64,000 bases of DNA from Macrostomum hystrix (taxonomy: Eukaryota; Animalia; Platyhelminthes), in the NCBI GenBank assembly GCA_950097015.1, contig CATNEN010000001.1, positions 2,480,001 through 2,544,000 of the forward strand. The letters run 5' to 3'. Of this stretch, positions 12,101 to 24,080 are shown piece by piece. The notes below the pieces were generated by a model, which searched no databases, had not been told where the DNA came from, and saw only the letters and a list, made by a program, of their open reading frames with translations. A program made the translations under genes and the position numbers. How positions within the stretch are numbered: the stretch's first letter is position 1; each line of letters begins with the position of its first letter.

Positions 12101-13675
12101 CTCAGTGACTGTGAATGCAGCCGAAACAGCGAGATGCACCTGACTCATGCCAACCAGATGCACCGTCGGTTTACAGCTCAACCGTCTACTCAGCTGATTT
12201 CGTGCATTTGCAAAATCGAATCCGGCTGCAACAGGGCGATCGGATGTCAATGGGACAGAGGCAGCGACTCGTGCGGCCCCTACCAGATTAAAGAGGCCTA
12301 TTGGTTGGATGCTTCTAAAAAAGCCGGGAAAAAATTGGGCGGCAGTGAGTGCGCTGGGCTAATTGTCTCAGCCCCTGTTGATTTTGGGGGGGGAATACCA
12401 ATCTGGTGACCAGTGGAAATCCCAATCTGGTCATTAGTGTTAATCCCAATCTGTTGATTAGGGCGAATCCCAATCTAATGATTAAGGGTATCCCAATCTG
12501 TTGATTAGGGGGAATCCCAATCTGTTGATTAGGGGGAATCCCAATCTGTTGATTAGTGTGAATCCCAATCTGTTGATTAGGGGGAATCCCAATCTGTTGA
12601 TTAGGGGGAATCCCAATCTGTTGATTAGGGGGAATCCCAATCTGTTGATTAGTGTGAATCCCAATCTGTTGATTAGGGGGAATCCCAATCTGTTGATTAG
12701 GGGGAATCCCAATCTGTTGATTAGGGGGAATCCCAATCTGTTGATTAGGGGGGAATCCCAACTATTTTATTTTGGGAAATCCAAATCTAATGACTTTTGG
12801 AGGAATCGCAATCAGGTGATTTAGGGGGAATCCCAATCTAATGATTAACCGGGAATCCTAATATGATATTAAGGGGGAATCCCAATCAGCTGATTTAACG
12901 GGATTCCAAAGCTATAGGCTGAGGGGCATTAGAAATCTGAGGATTCAAATGGAATCCCAACTTGGTGATTTGTTGGAAGTTCCTATCTAGTGATTTTGGG
13001 CGTAATCCAAATCTAAAGATTTTTTACAACTCCTAGAAAATCTTTCGTAATGAGGGATATTTTTATTAGGGAAAATAACACCCACCACCACTTTTTCAGC
13101 CTGGAAGAACTGCACAACCGGGCCAGACAACATGGCCTGCTCAGAAACCGCCGTGCTGAACTACCTGGCTAGGTACGGCCAGTACTGCGTTGGGCGCAGC
13201 AGATTGCCAACTGACGAGGCGAGTGAAATAAAATATAACTAATTTGCACTTTTATTCTACTTATAGTAGACTAGTTTGAGAAAAAAACTTAAATTTTCGA
13301 GTAAAGCCAGATTTTTGCTAAAGGAAATGGTAGCCAAGTGGTTAGAGCGTTGGACCTTCGACTAGAAGGTCCAAGGTTCGATTCTCGACTTAAGTCCAGA
13401 AAAAAATGTGTGTCCTTTAGCGAGCCACTTTAAATCTGCATTGATTCAGTTCAACCAGCATTCGCTGGGGTAATTGAGGGTAGATGCGGCGCAATAGCCG
13501 GCCCAATTAGGGCAGGTGTATTAAATTATTAAGAATTGAGAAAAAAAAATATTTTTTAAATAATTTTTTTCAGGACTACGCGAGAATTCACAATGGAGGC
13601 CCGCAGGGCTGCAAGAAAGATTCAACTCTGGCCTATTGGTCGAAAATTAAGGCCTGCTTAAAACGGTTCGAATAG
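9102..13675 (+). CDS. i-type lysozyme, copy 2, with long N-terminal extension; exons 9102-9240, 11952-12344, 13100-13218, 13574-13675
   Basis: Exon 1 MRFCFLLLPISVVLLIVCSSFSYS (signal peptide) ends at a gtaagt donor and joins in phase 1 to 11952. Domain: CICKIESGC...GCQWDRGSDSCGPYQIKEAYWLDA | TWKNC...CSE...YLARY | DYARIHNGGPQGC...YWSKIKAC. The last intron uses a GC donor. Confidence 0.88.
9273..11895. repeat. 21-bp minisatellite with two sub-domains, in lysozyme-2 intron 1
   Basis: ttgatcatcttaggtcaatct to ~10715, then tagctgatcatctgagatcat. Confidence 0.97.
12400..12900. repeat. 24-bp minisatellite in lysozyme-2 intron 2
   Basis: Unit gggggaatcccaatctgttgatta. Confidence 0.93.
13325..13520 (+). 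mobile_element. tRNA-derived SINE family B (CORE-like) in a lysozyme-2 intron
   Basis: GGTAGCCAAGTGGTTAGAGCG (A box), GGTTCGATTCT (B box), then gtgtgtcctttagcgagccacttt...ttcagttcaaccagc, which recalls the CORE domain. Confidence 0.6.
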
Positions 13676-13829
13676 TTTTTGTGACAGTCTTCAAGTAAAC
13701 TGCTGCTGGAATGAGAACTATATTGACAAGGATCCTGACTGAACTAAAAAAGCTAAAATTAAAAATGACTTCGCTAAAAGTTTAACTGTCGAAAGTTCAT
13801 TAAAGCGCATTCATAGTAAATTCGAGAGG

Positions 13830-14170
13830 AAACCCAATGATCGTTTCTGGGGAATCCCATCGATTTACGAGAGGGGAATCTCATTGATAGTTTCGGCTAT
13901 TGGGAGGGGAATCCGATCGATGGTTATTTGGAGGGAAATCCAATTGACGGTTATTGGGAGGGGAATCCTATTGATGGTTGTTGGAAGGGGAATCCGATCG
14001 ATGGTTGTTGGGAGGGGAATCCGATCGATGGTTATTTGGAGGGAAATCCAATTGACGGTTATTGGGAGGGGAATCCTATTGATGGTTATTTAGAGGGAAA
14101 TCACATTGATGGTTATTGGGAGGGGAATCCGATTTATGATTATTGGGAGGGAAATCCCATTGATGATTTC
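13830..14170. repeat. ~27-bp degenerate minisatellite
   Basis: Unit approx. gggaatccgatcgatggttgttgggag. Confidence 0.85.
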
Positions 14171-14679
14171 TGAGAAGTAATGTAATAAAGAGTTTTTGTG
14201 AAGGGAATCCCATTTAAGGAGAATTCAGTCGCTGATTTCATGTGTAATTGATTGTTAATCTTTTTGGTAAATATTTTTATTTCAGGAAATTCCCTTACAG
14301 CAATTAAAATTTTTACTATATCTGATGATTCTTTTAGGGAATTCCCTGGGTAAAATTCAAGGCTTGCAATATTTGATTCGTTCAACGAAAGTTTTTCAGC
14401 TTATTCTAATTCTTTAACCCAAAATTTTTACTAATTTCAGAAATATCTAAACTTCCTTGAAGTTTGGAAGGAAATTTTTAGCGTTTTGAGTATATTAATA
14501 ATCAATAAACTAAATTTCCATGAGCGAATGATGCAGAATGTTTAAACAATTAGAAATATTTTATTTTTGCTTGCATTCGAAATATTTATTTTGACAATGG
14601 ATTATTTAGTTTAGGACAATGCCGGAAAATTTTTTTTTTATTTTGCTTTATCCCATTTTTAAAGTTTGTTAATCTCCTA

Positions 14680-15295
14680 GACCTGGAATTCCCCACTTTC
14701 AAAAGTCAGCAATCTCTTAGACAGGGAATTCCACCCAGTTCCAAGGTCAGCAATCTCTTAGACAGGGAATTCCACCCAGTTCCAAGGTCAGCAATCTCTT
14801 AGACAGGGAATTCCACCCAGTTCTAAGGTCAGCAATCTCTTAGACAGGGAATTCCACCCAGTTCCAAGGTCAGCAATCTCTTAGACAGGGAATTCCACCC
14901 AGTTCCAAGGTCAGCAATCTCTTAGACTGGGAATTCCACCCAGTTCCAAGGTCAACAATCTCTTAGACAGGGAATTCCACCCAGTTCCAAGGTCAGCAAT
15001 CTCTTAGACAGGGAATTCCACCCAGTTCCAAGGTCAGCAATCTCTTAGACAGGGAATTCCCCACTTTCAAAAGTCAGCAATCTCTTAGACAGGGAATTCC
15101 CCACTTTCAAAAGTCAGCAATCTCTTAGACAGGGAATTCCCCACTTTCAAAAGTCAGCAATCTCTTAGACAGGGAATTCCACCCAGTTCCAAGGTCAGCA
15201 ATCTCTTAGACAGGGAATTCCACCCAGTTCCAAGGTCAGCAATCTCTTAGACAGGGAATTCCACCCAGTTCCAAGGTCAGCAATCTCTTAGACAC
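14680..15295. repeat. 41-bp minisatellite
   Basis: Unit agacagggaattccacccagttccaaggtcagcaatctctt. Confidence 0.95.
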
Positions 15296-15473
15296 AGGGT
15301 GTTTCTGTTTAAGGAAAATATATATCAAAGTATACAGGATTCTCTAGTTGAATGTCACGAGTCTGGGATTCCCAAATTAGAAGAATAATCAAAATAGTCG
15401 CGCGAAAAAGCGACAATCAAGCAAGCGAATTGCAGGTCAAACCTAATTTGCGGGTCTAACGGATTGGCAGTAA

Positions 15474-17680
15474 CTAAAACTCGTTGCACATCAGTGTGAT
15501 TTGCAGTTCGGCCTGAAACGGATCCAGATCTGTTGGCAGAAAAGGTCCGCGAAACAGCTCTTTGAATGGAGCCGTCATAACGGCGGCCTTCCAGTTAACA
15601 ATTGTTTTGACACGAGACACGTTCTCAGTGCGCAGGTGTTGGCCAAGTAGTTCTTGAATTTCTGCGTCAAACACCGGATGCGGCGGCAGCAGAAACACGG
15701 TCGGGTCATACTCCATAGTCTCAATTAGTAGGTGGAAATTTTCCGCCCTACAATGCATTAATTGACGCACGTAGGCTTTGCGTTGGTCAACGTTGAGACA
15801 CGAGAAAGCGCAGCGGTCCCACACGAAATTGTACTGATGATCCAGGTAGGAGCAGCAGGTGAAGAAATTGCAGACAAAGATGCGGAGACGCCTATCCGGT
15901 GTGCGACAGAACTGGATGCCGTTGGGCAGAAGGCAGCGCTCCAGCTTCAACTCCCGATGTCTCTGTCGGTGATTTAATTCTAGAGCGTTCAATTTGTTTC
16001 TATTTTTAGAACAGCTGCTGGGAAACCCCTGAATGTGAAAGGCCAATGGCGAAAGTCCGTTGCCAAAAAACATCATGTTTTAGGACGACTTTGGCATGAA
16101 GCTGTCACGTGATATTTAGGGTTCAAATGTTGCTATTTTTTAAACAGCATTGTGTGAATGACTTTGAGGACGCTGGCTCAGAGCTGCCACGTGATATCTA
16201 ATGTATCTAGTGATAACCACGTGATATTGAACACGAGGTTGCTAATTGAATTTCGAAGGTCAAATAGAGTAACTTGAGACCGTCCATGGCTAGAAAAAAA
16301 TACGGATGTTAGAGAATGACCTTGGCTGTTTACGTGACAGTTCGGGGGCAAACTGTTGCTATTTTTAGATAAGTATGCTATCTATGTTATCTGACTGCGC
16401 CCAGAACTCTAACACGCGAGGAAGTTCATTTTAGGACGTGTCGAAAGGTCGAATAAAATAATTCATACGAGGATGACCTTGAGAACGACCAATAAAAAAG
16501 TGCTCATACTGACATTGACAAACGTATTGACAGCACGCTGATTGCTCTCGACGCCGGTGACAAAGACGCCCTGGTGATAAAGCCAGACCAGATCATGGGA
16601 GCAGCCGGACATGGGTACAAGTGCATAGAAGCTTTGCCTCCCCGAGTAGCCGTCCTGGACACCAAGTCGGTGCACGACGGAGTCCCAGTAGCTCTTCAGA
16701 CTCTCGGAGACATCTCTGCGGTGCCAGTAAGGGCGAATAGTGGCCCGGCTATCACCGAAGGTGTGGTTATAGACAGAGTCCCAGAGCTCTTCGTCCAGGG
16801 CGATGCGTCGATAAGATGTAACTAAAGAAGACAGGGGCTCCATCGCTGCTAGGTACATTGTCTGCAGCATGTGCCTGTGTTCCTTCGTTCCATGGCTTTC
16901 CTATGGAACACAGAGCAAAACGAGAACAAGCAGGAAGATTATTGTTAGAAATTTCTAGCAACGATACCATGAGAAACTTTAAATATCCGAAACTAATAAA
17001 AACTTAAGAAATCCAAAACCTAGGAAATCCGAAACTTAAGAAATCCGAAACTTAAGAAATCCGAAACTTAAGAAATCCGAAACTTAGGAAATCCGAAACT
17101 TAAAAAATCCGAAACTTAAGAAATCCGAAGCTCAAGAAATCCGAAACTTAAGAAATCCGAAACTTAAGAAATCCGAAGCTCAAGAAGTCCGAAACTTAAG
17201 AAATCCGAAACTTAAGAAATCCGAAGCTCAAGAAATCCGAAACTTAAGAAATCCGAGATTTTTGTATATCCAAAACTAAAAAAACGAAGACAATTAAAAT
17301 AAACGAAACATTGAATCAGAAAAGTAACAAGTTTTCATTGCACTTTAATCGACCACTTACCGCCTCTGTCGTCTGCGTCTTTGGCAGTTGTTTAAAAAAT
17401 GATGCAGTCTAAAAAAAGTTTTTTTAAAGGCGAAAAAGTATTTGTAAATTTAGTCCTCATTTAGTAAATCATATTTGTTTTTATATGAAGCCCTATTTCG
17501 ATTTATGAATGTTAAAACAATTGAAAATGAATGAAGTTCGGCATAAAAAATAAAACTTTAGTGCTCAGAAGCCATCGCACTACTCACAGTGGGCTTGCCT
17601 AACCGACTAGCACCGATGGTCAGTACAGGTTCGTCCAACTGACAGTTCTTCTGTTTTTGAGGCGCAATAATCGGTTGCAT
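15474..17680 (-). CDS. Thiopurine S-methyltransferase (TPMT)-like SAM-dependent methyltransferase; exons approx. 17680-17588, 17408-17361, 16900-16514, ~16029-15474
   Basis: LVPMSGCSHDLVWLYHQGVFVTGVE corresponds to TPMT VPLCGK..DM.WLA..G..VVGVE. IFVCNFF...YNFVWDRCAFSCLNVDQRKAY...YDP...PPHPV..EIQELLG corresponds to the TPMT C-terminal half. The two small 5' exons are open and phase 0. The last acceptor is uncertain. Confidence 0.8.
16970..17260 (+). repeat. 16-bp minisatellite, left arm of an inverted pair
   Basis: Unit gaaacttaagaaatcc. Confidence 0.93.
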
Positions 17681-17859
17681 TTGTCAATTTTTTTTCGAGT
17701 GAGTACTTAGTTTTGAGATCGAAATTATCGAATTATCAACCATTGAAATAGTTTTTTCCTGCTGTCCTAAGTAGGCAAATAAATTTTTTTACTTGGAACG
17801 ACTTTTGGACATAGACAAAGTCAATGAACTTGGAAAGAAATTGAGGAACGATACTTCGT

Positions 17860-18345
17860 TGTAAGTCTCTTAAGTTTCTGATTTCTTAAGTTTCTGATTT
17901 CTTAAGTTTCTGATTTCTTAAGTTTCTGATTTCTTAAGTTTCGGATTTCTTAATTTTCGGATTTCTTTAGTTTCGGATTTCTTTAGTTTCTGATTTCTTA
18001 ATTTTCGGATTTCTTAAGTTTCGGATTTCTTTAGTTTCTGATTTCCTAAGTTTCGGATTTCCTAAGTTTCGGATTTCCTAAGTTTCGGATTTCTTTAGTT
18101 TCTGATTTCTTAAGTTTCTGATTTCTTAAGTTTCTGATTTCTTAAGTTTCGGATTTCTTAATTTTCGGATTTCTTTAGTTTCGGATTTCTTTAGTTTCTG
18201 ATTTCTTAAGTTTCGGATTTCTTAAGTTTCGGATTTCTTTAGTTTCTGATTTCCTAAGTTTCGGATTTCCTAAGTTTCGGATTTCCTAAGTTTCGGATTT
18301 CTTAAGTTTCGGATTTCCTAAGTTTCGGATTTCTTAAGTTTCGGT
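17860..18345 (-). repeat. 16-bp minisatellite, right arm, reverse complement of the left arm
   Basis: Unit ggatttcttaagtttc. Confidence 0.93.
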
Positions 18346-18409
18346 TAAGTCTCAATTAATCTGATGTAAAATCATTTACTTTCTTACTTACTTAAATCAT
18401 GTTTCTTAG

Positions 18410-18950
18410 CACCATCACAATCCTTTCATAATCCTATCACAGTCCTTTCAGTCATAACTCAATCACAATCCTATCAAAATCACATTCCAATCTTATCACA
18501 ATCATATCACAATCCTATCACAAATTTATCACAATCCTATCACAATCCTATCACAATCCTATCACAATCCTATCACAATCCAATTAAAATCTTATCACAA
18601 TCCTAGCACAATCCTATCACAATCCAATTAAAATCTTATCACAATCCTATCACAATCGTATCACAATCTTATCACAATCATATCCCAATAATATCACAAT
18701 CATATCACAATACTATCACAATCCTATCACAATTTTATAACAATCCAATTCCAATCTTATCACAATCCTATCAATATCCTATCACAATCCTTTCACAATC
18801 CTATCAAAATCCTATCACAATCCTATCACAATCCTATCAATATCCTATCACAATCCTATCACAATCCTATCAATATCCTCTCAAAATCCTATCAGAATCC
18901 CATTATAATCCTATCACAATCCTATTACAATCAGATTACAATCCTTTCTA
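18410..18950. repeat. 11-bp minisatellite
   Basis: Unit atcacaatcct. Confidence 0.9.
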
Positions 18951-19829
18951 AATTCAATCAATATCGGATTTAATATCTGATCACAATTCCACCTAACCAT
19001 TTTATTAATTTTATTATTTCAAGCCTCACTTGCATGTGAATCCTAGCCCAAAGCCAATTCATTATAAAACCTAGCTGCACTAATAAAGAAAAAAATCTAA
19101 AATGCCGCCATTCATCAAATTTTAATTTTTCATTATCTTTGCTGTCAATTTCTATTCATAGTCTTCATTTGAATTTCATCAATCTCTAAAGCCGTTTTCA
19201 AAAACAGAATTTCTTTGTAAAAAATAAAATTTTATTTTTTGTTCAATATAATATTGTAAACGAACAATGTCTTATTGTTTGTTATAATCCGGAACTTATG
19301 TTTCTTGTCTTGCTCGACTCAAATTGTTCTTTAAAATGTTTTTACATGAGTTCATAAAAATTATCAGATTTTTTTACAAATTCAACTTTTTGCAATTGGA
19401 ATGTGTACTTTTACGAAGGAATTGATAAAAGCTTATTTGTTTTGAAACGACGACAGTACAATTTATAATTAAAATAGACAAGTATACAGTAGTTTACAAT
19501 CACTTACCTAGACTTATCTGATGATATATGCATGACATTAAAGTAAAAAATAACTCCTAACAAGAACTAATCACAAAATCTGTGTTCTCGAACAAGGGCA
19601 ACAAATATTTCTTTTTTGCACACTATAAAGTACTTTGTAGATTATTTTCGAATAAAAATATGTTTCAGAAATTTGTAACCAAACCATACACCAAAATGAC
19701 GCTTAATTCGACTGATCCTTGTGCAACAAACCTAGAAAAAATATAAACCTGATCACGAGGATAGCACTATGATATAGACAAAATTATTTATTTGCGAATA
19801 ATAGGAAAAGACATCATGCAAGGCCCTAT

Positions 19830-20360
19830 GACCGCCGCCCACTCCCCCAGCCCTAAGATCGCCACCCCTCCCCCAGCCCTAAGATCGCCAACCCCTCCCA
19901 CAGCCCTAAGATCGCCAACCCCTCCCACAGCCCTAAGATCGCCAACCCTCTCCCACAGCACTAGGATCGCCACCCCCTCCCCAGCTCTAAGATCGCCAGC
20001 CCCTCCCCAGCCCTAAGATCGCCAACCCCTCCCACAGCCCTAAGATCGCCAACCCCCTCCCACAGCACTAGGATCGCCACCCCCTCCCCAGCTCTAAGAT
20101 CGCCACCCCCTCACCAGCCCTAAGATCGCCACCCCCTCCCACAGCACTAGAATCGCCACCCCCTCCCACAGCACTAGAATCGCCACCCCCTCCCCAGCTC
20201 TAGGATCGCCACCCCCTCCCCCAGCACTAGGATCGCCACCCACTCCCACCAGCACTAGGATCGCCACCCCCTCCCACCAGCTCTAGGATCGCCACCCCCT
20301 CCCCCAGCACTCCTCCCCAGCCCTAAGATGGCCACCCCCTCCCCCAGCCCAAATACCACC
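19830..20360. repeat. 27-28-bp C-rich minisatellite downstream of the GPCR
   Basis: Unit approx. cagccctaagatcgccaccccctcccc. Confidence 0.9.
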
Positions 20361-20520
20361 AACCCTCCACGAAGATAAGGCAAAGAAAAAAAGTAGGCAA
20401 GGAATTTCCAACTGTAAACAACATCTAGACTGGTCAACAACACAGAGTCCGTAGCTTCAATACCCTCTAGCATCCACAATCACTATCCAGATAGTGGCAG
20501 ACGCAGATGCAAATAAATTG

Positions 20521-21735
20521 TCAGTCTCCTAAACTCAGTAGCGGAGCCAAGTGCAGCCAATCCTGCTGCTCAGTACCTTGGCGTCCTGGTTCGACATCTG
20601 CCACGAAAACTTCATCATCAAATGGGACCGCTATCTGATTGCGATTCGGCTGTCTATTAATCTGCTGCTGTGGCGCTGGCACTGGAGGAGGCGAAGTAGG
20701 CGGAGTGGTCGGTAGCGGCTGGCCCCACTCGCGACGAACACGTCGTCGACTGGAGCAGCAGCAGCGAAGAAGGGTGCGACGAAAGAGCTGCGTTGTTGAC
20801 ACATAGATGACAAAGTTCATCAGGCTATCCAACTGTGTCAGGACGTTAACAATAAACATCAGCGCAGCGCTTTTGATCTTCATGTAGGCCAGAAGGCAGG
20901 TCGGCAGTTCGAGTCCGGCGAATGCCAGCGACAGCAGCAAGACGGTACGTTCAACTCGACGATCGCGAATTCGACGACGCGCCAGTGCGACTTCGCTGCC
21001 GGAGATGGCGCCAGCGGCGGCGCTGTCCCGGTGCTGAGCTCGGAGCCCGCGGATCAGCACCACGCTCGAGATGACAACGAGCAGGCAGGGGACTGACATT
21101 TGCAGGCTGTAATAGGCGATGGCGTACGTTGTGACCGACATGTTGCCTTGGCTGCAGTGCGAATCGAGCTCGCTGATCGCCGATAGCGGCAGCACGGCGA
21201 GGACCAGGAAGCACATCAGCACGCAAGTCAAGCTTCTACGACGAGCAACGCTGTCATCGACGTTGTTAGCACCGCCAGCTCGCACTAGAAGCGGCCTAGC
21301 GACAGCGTTGGCCCTAGAAACGGCGATTCGAACCACTGACCAGTTGCGCAGAGTGAGAGCTGCGCGCAAACCCGCACCGGACAGCAGCGCCGGCAGAGAG
21401 ACATCGGCAGATTCGCAGGGCCATTCCAGATTAACTCGCGGCAGCCACACAAAATCGGACACCTGGCACAGACAGGTGGTCACCACGACTAGCAGGTTGA
21501 AGAGCAACTCAGTCGCGGATAATTGGCAGAGCAGGTGGCGAACTGGACTGCTCAGGTGACGCTCGGAGGCGCAACGGAATAGTCGCAAAGCGTAGCCGCT
21601 GTGCAGAGCGTTAATTGAGCCAAGAATCAGATAGACGGCGCTAAATAGCCAGCTGAGCTGGTTTGATTGGTGCCACTGACCGTCATGTTTAATGCTGTTT
21701 TCTACCAGAGTATGGCTTGAGTTTGAGTGCAACAT
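20521..21735 (-). CDS. Orphan rhodopsin-like (class A) GPCR, intronless
   Basis: About 7 hydrophobic segments, N-terminal N-glycosylation sequon, TM3 RNWSVVRIAVSRANAVARPL (degenerate DRY), TM6 LELP, TM7 DSLMNFVIY, helix 8 FRRTL followed by CCC. First ATG at 21735. Confidence 0.85.
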   Translation of the reverse strand: MLHSNSSHTLVENSIKHDGQWHQSNQLSWLFSAVYLILGSINALHSGYALRLFRCASERHLSSPVRHLLCQLSATELLFNLLVVVTTCLCQVSDFVWLPRVNLEWPCESADVSLPALLSGAGLRAALTLRNWSVVRIAVSRANAVARPLLVRAGGANNVDDSVARRRSLTCVLMCFLVLAVLPLSAISELDSHCSQGNMSVTTYAIAYYSLQMSVPCLLVVISSVVLIRGLRAQHRDSAAAGAISGSEVALARRRIRDRRVERTVLLLSLAFAGLELPTCLLAYMKIKSAALMFIVNVLTQLDSLMNFVIYVSTTQLFRRTLLRCCCSSRRRVRREWGQPLPTTPPTSPPPVPAPQQQINRQPNRNQIAVPFDDEVFVADVEPGRQGTEQQDWLHLAPLLSLGD

Positions 21736-22249
21736 TGCTCCGTTTGAAAAAACGTTTAACGATGCGACTGCTGTCAAGAGGCGCTAGAGGCGCTCTTCCG
21801 GGTCTCGCAGGCTATATTAGGGCGGCGGATGTCGGCCCTGTTCGATGCCGATTCGATCCCAGCTCCGCCAGTCATGGGGAGCCGTGAAGTGGAGAGACGC
21901 GCGAGAGATAGAAAGGGAAATCTGGGGCAAGTAACTGCTGTGGCAGCCATTACCTCTTAAATCCTGGGTTAGGACTCTGCTCCGTGTGAGACGACAGAGG
22001 GAAGCCAGACAAGTGATACAGGTGCGCGTGACGTTCGGTTGACGATTTTCTAAGATGAGAGTAGAGATGGTAGAGGAATGTGGGAGGAAATGCACAGACA
22101 CTTTAGAATAATCACATGCTGAATTATTGTTTTAAGTGGCAAGTGAATTATTATGAATTAAGTGAGTTATTGTTTTATTGTTTTAAGAAAATCTACATGT
22201 ATATGGAATTAGGGGCTAGAACAGTATCCTTGATGAAATAGCATTGACG

Positions 22250-23110
22250 TCCTTGTTGGAATGTTTTATTGAACGTCCTTGTTGGTATCTTCTATTGAAC
22301 GTCCTTTAATTGGTATCTTCTATTGAACGTCCTTTAATTGGTATCTTCTATTGAACGTCCTTTAATTGGTATCTTCTATTGAACGTCCTTTAATTGGTAT
22401 CTTCTATTGAACGTCCTTGTTGGTATGTTCTATTGAACGTCCTTGTTGGAATGTTCTATATTAACTTCATTGTTGGAATGTTCTATTGAACTTCATAGTA
22501 AAAATGATGCATGGAACGTCCTTGTTGGAATGTTCTATTGAACTTCATTGTTGGAATGTTCTATATTAACTTCATTGTTGGAATGTTCTATTGAACTTCA
22601 TTATTGGAATGTTCTATTGAACTTCATTGTTGGAATGTTCTATTGAAATTCATTGGATTGAATGTTCTATTGAACGTCCTTGTTGGTATGTTCTATTGAA
22701 CGTCCAATTGTTGGTATGTTCTATTGAACGTCCTTGTTGGTATCTTCTATTGAACGTCCTTGTTGGTATGTTCTTTTGAACGTCCTTGTTGGAATGTTCT
22801 ATATTAACTTCATTGTTGGAATGTTCTATTGAACTTCATTGTAAAAATGATCCATGGAACGTCCTTGTTGGAATGTTCATTTGAACTTCATTGTTGGAAT
22901 TTCTATATTAACTTCATTGTTGGAATGTTCTATTGAAATTCATTGTTGGAATGTTCTATATTAACTTCATTGTTGGAATGTTCTATAGAACGTACTTGTT
23001 TGTATGTTCTATTGAACGTCCTTGTTGGTATGTTCTATTGAAGTATATTGTTGGAATGTTCTATTAAATGTCCTTGTTGAAATGTTCTATTGAACTTCAT
23101 TGTTGGAATG
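22250..23110. repeat. ~26-bp minisatellite
   Basis: Unit tattgaacgtccttgttggaatgttc. Confidence 0.9.
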
Positions 23111-24080
23111 GTTAATTAAGCCTCCTTGTTTATATATTCAGTTTAACGGTCTACATGAGAATATATACGGAATAGAAACAAGATTTTTTTATTCAACCTG
23201 TTATTAAATAGCTATCTATCTGTCACCTATCATATCCATGCATTCACATACAACAACAACACTAATATATGTACACAATCTTGCATATGCATGTTTCTCA
23301 TCGTACAAGTTTTTATTATATATTAAACAAGATATCGACTCAGACATATTTTCTAGTGATGCTGTCAAAAAAATAAGAATTTTTGTAAACATTAGCTTGG
23401 ATTCATGGTTCTAGATTTAAATTTCAGTTAGGGCAAGGTAACCGTGTAACATGAGCAGTAGATTTTGATGTCAAAGAAATTCTAAAAATATACCTGCATA
23501 TAAGACTTCCTTTGAAGGATATCTCGTTTCAGCGATAACAATATTTTTTATTTCCCCTTGGTTTTAGTGGGTCCAAATAATTTTTTATTAATTTACGGCT
23601 CGTACGAGCCGAAAAGTGCATTTCAGAAATCATATAATATATTAAATAAAAGCAACGGAGAAAACAAAATTTATTTAAAATTTGCTGAAACGGTAAAACT
23701 GAAGTCCAACTGAGTCTGTCTTTTTCGCAATAATACCCCTCGAACAAAGAGCAAAATTAAAAAAGAGCTAGAAATTGGAAGAGAAGCATCACAGGAGTTC
23801 AACATGCATAAATATGGAGTTTAGGAAAAAATTATTTGTTAGCTTATATAGTATAAACACACAAAAACCTTAGAGGGGGGCAGTTAGAGGGAGAGTTAGA
23901 GGGACAGAGGGGAAGAGAGGGAGATAAAGGGATATTTGAAATAGACAGTAATGGTAACATTCACAAGAACACAGAGATCATATTGATTATACTAGTGGAT
24001 AAAATATTCAGCAAGCCACGATAGCAGTTTAAATTGTTGCCTAAATTTCCCTCGACCAGAGACCATTTTCAGAGGCTCAG

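Noticed and set aside
13325-13395. Additional tRNA genes (also B-box matches at ~40690 and ~56230)
   Set aside because: No closed acceptor stem or cloverleaf; these are SINE heads or fragments.
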